From an uncultured Acidobacteriota bacterium (GTDB lineage: Bacteria; Acidobacteriota; Polarisedimenticolia; J045), in assembly GCA_963702425.1 (NCBI GenBank), contig CAVPCQ010000006.1, positions 64,001 through 128,000 of the forward strand: a DNA stretch of 64,000 nucleotides. Direction: 5' to 3'. Each line of letters starts with the position of its first letter. Within the stretch, counting starts at the first letter, position 1. The position numbers and the translations under genes are program-made. The notes beneath the pieces are model-generated. The model searched no databases. It was not told the origin of the DNA and was given only the letters and a program-made list of their open reading frames with translations. This document shows positions 59,251-64,000 of this stretch, one piece after another.

Positions 59251-62200
59251 GTGATCGCTTGGATTCGCTTGTCGCGTGGCGTGCCATTGGCGGGCCTGGC
59301 CCTGGCGCTTACCGCTTGGGCGAGCCCGGCCGCGGCGCAGTGTGGAACACGTTGGATCGCCAAGAGCGGGAGCGACGCGGGGAACGACTGCCTGTCGTTC
59401 GCCTCGCCCTGCCTTACCATTAATCGGGGCATCTCCATCGCGTGTGCCAACGATGCGGTCGAAGTCGGCGAGGGGACCTGGGCCGAGGACGTCCTGATCG
59501 ACCGGGCCGTCTACGTGAACAGCTCCGGAAACAACGCGAACACCATCCTCCGCGGCACCGGCGCGACCGACAACGTCCGCATCTTCGCCGCAGGCGCACA
59601 GCTCAACGGCTTCGCGGTGAGCGGTCCGAACGCGGGACACGCTTGCGTGCGCGATCGGCGACGCGGCACACCCCGGCCTGCGGACGATCCAGCTCACCAA
59701 CCTCACCGTGTCCGGCTGCACCACGGGCGTGATCGTCGATTCGATCGGGGCGACGGGCGACTGGGTCCGCATCAACGGAAACGCGATCACGAACAACGTC
59801 GCCGACGGTTCTCCGAACGGAGGGGTCGGGGTGCTGATGACCGGCGGAGTCGGCCGGATCGAGATCCGGCAGGACACGCTGACCGGCAACGGCGGCCCGG
59901 CCGTCAAGCTGCTGGCCGGCGCCAACGGGACCCTCGAACTGGCCGGCAACACGGTCAGCAACAACGGACTCGCCCTCCTGGCGAGCGGCCACGCCGCGTT
60001 CGAGCTCCACGGGGCGACCGACCTCCGGATCGAGGGCAATCTCTTCACCGGACAGACGGGTCTCGCCGCAGTCGACGACGGCCGCGGCGTGTGGATCGAC
60101 GGTGCCAACGGTGTCGAGTTCTTCTGCAACGAGATGCACCACAACGACGGCGGACTCTCGGTGACCGGCACGGTGACCGGACTCGCCGCGCTGCAAAACC
60201 GCTTCTTCAGCCAGACCGGGCGGGCCGTCGAGATCGGCCCCGGCAGCGCGTCCGGCGTGAAGCTCAACGAGACGATGATCTACTCGAACGGCAGCGGCGT
60301 CGTGAACCAGGACGCCGTTCCGGTCGACGCGAAGCACAACTGGTGGGGCTCCGCGAGCGGCCCGACCGGCGCGGGCGGGTCGGGCGACACGGTCGTCGGC
60401 CCGGCCGACGTCGGCAACTTCATCCCGCGCACGCTGCAGCCGGTGCTCGCGCGGGCGCCCAAGACCTCAGGCTGGTCGCGGGCCACGGGGGCCTGCTACG
60501 ACACGCTGCAAGGCGCGCTGAATGCCGCCCCGACCGGCAGCCTGGTCCTGATCGGCGCCGGCGAGATCCGGGGCCACGCCACGATGTCGCGCGCGATCGA
60601 CCTCGAGGGTGTCCCGGGCGAGATTCCGCTTCCGTACTGCGACCGCTGCTATCCGTCGATCGTGGACGGCACCCAGCTTTCGGGCCCGCGCACACCGGCC
60701 CTGACGATCACCGGCGTCAGCGGCATCACCGTGAAGTACCTCACCTTCCACGGCGCCGGCCTCGGCACCCCGGCCTGCTTCGGCGGCCACCAGGACGGCG
60801 AGGTCGGACTCGATCTCGTCGACGTCCGGGACTCGCTCTTCCAGTCGATCGACCTGCGCGAGAACGGAACGACCGATGTCCGCGTGCGCGGCGACTCGGA
60901 CGGCAATACGTTCGACGACTTCTACATCGACGGGATGATCCGCGACGGTGACAACGAGGACCGCTGCGGCCACCGCTCGCGCGAGGGGTTCCTCTTCGAC
61001 GGCGGCGCCCGCGTGTGCGAGGGGGGCGCGGGGGCGACCGTCGACCACAACCGCATCGTCAACTCGCAGACGTACCACATCACGCGCTCGATCAAGATCC
61101 GCTACGGCAACTTCACCGAGATCGCGCACAGCCGGATCCACGGCGTGCCGAGCGACGAGTGGCCCGAGCCGGACGCCCAGAACGTCTGGATCGAGGCTTC
61201 GAACGACACCTGGATCCACGACAACCCGGAGATCGGGAACCGCGGTGTCAGCAAGGCGATCGCGATCATGGGCAGCCGCTCATGCGAAGCGGCCGACAGC
61301 GCTCGGACCCGCATCGAGGACACGACGCTCGACCTGATCGACAACTCCGGGACCGGCATCCATCTGATGCACGCGGTGGGCGACAACGGCGCGCCGGTCG
61401 ACACCGCGGTGTCCTGTTCGACGATCCGGGGGGCCTGGAAGGGCGTGCTCGCCGACTGGGTCGGCGGCGCGCAGATCACACTGACCGACATCGTCTCAGA
61501 CACGTTGGGCGTCATCAACAACACCGCCGACACGCTCTCCGCGACGCGGAACTGGTGGGGTTCGCCCAGTGGCCCGTCGGGCGCCGGACCGGGAACCGGT
61601 ACGAGCGTCTCGACCGGCGTCGACTACTCGAACTTCCTCGCCTCGCCGTCTCACGACGACACCGACCAGGACGGCGCGACGGAGTGCCAGGGAGACAGCG
61701 ACGACGCGAATCCGCTGGTCCACCCATTCGACGGCTGCGACGGGTTCGACAACGATCTCGACGGCACGACCGACGAGGACTTCCAGCCCGCGGTGACGCA
61801 GTGCGGGCTCGGTGTCTGCGCCGCCTCGGGCGCCAGCTCGTGCGTGGCGGGCCAGATCCTCGACGGCTGCCAGCCGCTGCCGCCCCAGTCCCCGACCGAC
61901 GCGACTTGCGACGCGGTCGACGAGGATTGCGACGGAGCGGTCGACGAAGACTACCCCGCGACACCGACGTCCTGCGGAGTGGGCGTCTGCGCGCGAACGG
62001 GCGCGATCTCCTGCGTCGACGGCACCGTCCAGGACACCTGCGCACCAGGCAACCCGATCTCTCCGACGGATGCGACCTGCAACGGGCTCGACGACAACTG
62101 CGACGGCCAGGTCGACGAAGGGTTCGTCGCCGGGCCGTCGAGCTGCGGACTCGGCGCTTGTCTCTCGTCGGGCGTCACCTCGTGCACCGGCGGCGTGCCG

Positions 62201-62985
62201 GGCGATTCGTGCGTCCCCGGCCCGCCGATCGCCCCGAGCGACACGACTCTGCGACGGCGTGGACGACGACTGCGACGGCCAGGTCGACGAGGGGTATGTG
62301 CTCACAGGTCGACATCGTGCGGCCCGGCGTCTGCCAGCGCGCCGGCGCGACGTCCTGCGTGTCGGGGCAGGTGCTGGACAGCTGTGTGCCCTACCCGCCG
62401 GGCGCGCCGGACGATCTCTCGTGCAACGGGCTCGACGACGACTGCAACGGCCTGGTCGACGATGGATACGTCGATCAGCTGACCGTCTGCGGGCGCGGCG
62501 TCTGCGCGGCGCTGGGCAGCATCGCCTGCGAGTCGGGGCAACAGGTCGAGCACTGCACCCCGGGCCCACCCGGCGAGGAGACCTGCAACGGCCTGGACGA
62601 CGATTGCGACGGCATCGGCGACAACAACATCCCGGCGCCGGTCGGGCCGGTGCAGATCACGGTGAACCGTGTTCCGAACTCGAACTCGGCAACGATCCGT
62701 TGGGACGCAGTGGCCGCCGCGCTGATCTACGACGTGCAGCGCGGGATCGTGAAGCCGCTCGTCGAGGGCGGCGGAGACTTCACCACCGCGACCGACGACT
62801 GCATGGTCGACAACGTCGACCTGACGTCGTGGAACGCGGAGGATGTCCCGGCTGTCGGAGATTCTTTCTGGTACCTGGTTCGGGCCGCCAACTGCGTCGG
62901 CGTCAGCAGCTACGACGCGGGAGAAGCCGGTCTCGCCGCGCCACGCGACGCCGGGATCGCCGCGTCGCCGAACGCCTGCCCCTGA
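59251..62985 (+). CDS. Giant secreted protein: parallel beta-helix domains plus Cys-rich (MopE-type) repeats; frameshifts near 59650 and 62245-62325
   Basis: Signal peptide ..SPAAA-Q; GSDAGNDC..SPCLTI; two NWWG..SGP motifs; CNGLDDNCDGQVDEG/CG.G.C repeats. Confidence 0.85.
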
Positions 62986-63014
62986 GGGGGCTCCCCGCGG
63001 GGGCGGAGACGGTG

Positions 63015-64000
63015 CTAGCCCGCTGCGCCTCCCCGGCGGAGCGACCGCCGCATCCAGAGCTTGTAGGCCGCCGGGAAGACCAGCAATTCCATCAGGAACG
63101 AGGTCGTCAGGCCGCCGATCATCGGCGCCGCGATCCGCTTCATCACGTCCGAACCGGTCGCGGTCGAGAACATGATCGGCAGCAGGCCGAGCACCGCGGC
63201 CGCCACGGTCATCATCTTCGGTCGGGCGCGCTTGACGGCGCCGTGGAAGATCGCTTCATCCAGCTCGCGCACGCTGGAGAGCAGGCCGCGCCGCCGTGCG
63301 TCGTCGATCGACAGGTCGAGGAAGAGCAGCATGAAGACCGCCGTCTCGGCGTCGAGGCCGAGCAGCGCGATCATCCCGACCCAGGCCGCGATCGAGACGT
63401 TGAAGCCGAGCCAGTGGAACAGCCAGATCGCGCCGATCGCGGAGAAGGGAACGGTCGCCATCACCAGCAGCGACTTGAACGCGGACCGCGTGTTCAGGAA
63501 CAGCAGCAGGAAGATCAGCGCCAGGGTGACCGGGATCACGATCTTCAGCCGCTCGCGCACCCGGAGCATGTTCTCGTACTGGCCGCTCCAGCCGAGCACG
63601 ATCCCGGGCGGCAGGGCGACCTGCTCCCGGACCGCGCGCTTGGCGTCGTCGACGTAGCTCCCGATGTCGCGGCCGGCAATGTCGACGTAGACGTAGCCGG
63701 TGAGGAAGCCGTCCTCGTTGCGCAGCATCGCTGGTCCCGACACGAGCCGGACATCGGCCACCTGGCCGAGCGGAACCTGGACCCCCGAGGGGGTCGCCAC
63801 CAGCACGCGAGAGAGCGACGAAACGTCGTCGCGCAGCTCACGCGGATAGCGCAGGTTGACGGTGTAGCGGGCCCGCCCCTCGATCGTCGTCGTCACCGTC
63901 TCGCCGCCGATCGCGGTCACGATCGTGTCCTGCAGGTCCCCGACGGTCAGCCCGTAGCGCGCCAGGACGTCGCGGCGCGGCTCGATGTCGACGAAGTAGC
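63015..64000 (-). CDS. cusA: CusA/CzcA family heavy-metal RND permease (C-terminal part)
   Basis: WSGQYE, AAWVGMIALLG, RARPKMMT, GSDVMKRIAAPMIGG; open to the right edge. Confidence 0.93.
   Translation of the reverse strand, partial: YFVDIEPRRDVLARYGLTVGDLQDTIVTAIGGETVTTTIEGRARYTVNLRYPRELRDDVSSLSRVLVATPSGVQVPLGQVADVRLVSGPAMLRNEDGFLTGYVYVDIAGRDIGSYVDDAKRAVREQVALPPGIVLGWSGQYENMLRVRERLKIVIPVTLALIFLLLFLNTRSAFKSLLVMATVPFSAIGAIWLFHWLGFNVSIAAWVGMIALLGLDAETAVFMLLFLDLSIDDARRRGLLSSVRELDEAIFHGAVKRARPKMMTVAAAVLGLLPIMFSTATGSDVMKRIAAPMIGGLTTSFLMELLVFPAAYKLWMRRSLRRGGAAG

Overview
Very GC-rich bacterial chromosomal segment. Gene content and the giant Cys/Asp-rich exported proteins suggest an Acidobacteriota-like lineage (inference only). 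Most of it is housekeeping: tesA-ybbAP, dnaB, rnpB, truA-uppS-cdsA-dxr-rseP, comEA, gcvTH, maf, mutL, yceD-rpmF-plsX-fabD-fabG-acpP-fabF, a regulatory PTS operon (hprK-rapZ-EIIA-HPr-EI), two tRNA-Pro genes, a MacAB-type transporter, an Rrf2-sufCBDSUT operon, surE-pcm and a partial CusA. Accessory parts are a lower-GC cluster of exported proteins at the left edge and two giant secreted repeat proteins that share an apparently unnamed C-terminal domain ending in Cys-Pro. Other highlights: a sigma54-promoted gene encoding only sigma70 regions 3.2-4 with a structured 3' tail; GTAG-type REP doublets whose GTAG feet supply the stop codons of convergent genes, one with a 27-bp tandem expansion; an internally deleted cysK relic behind a tRNA; an archaeal-type GAPDH-like gene; and a UshA-like/tetraheme fusion. 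At least six genes carry single-base frameshifts, probably assembly indels. No CRISPR array, integrase or transposase was seen.
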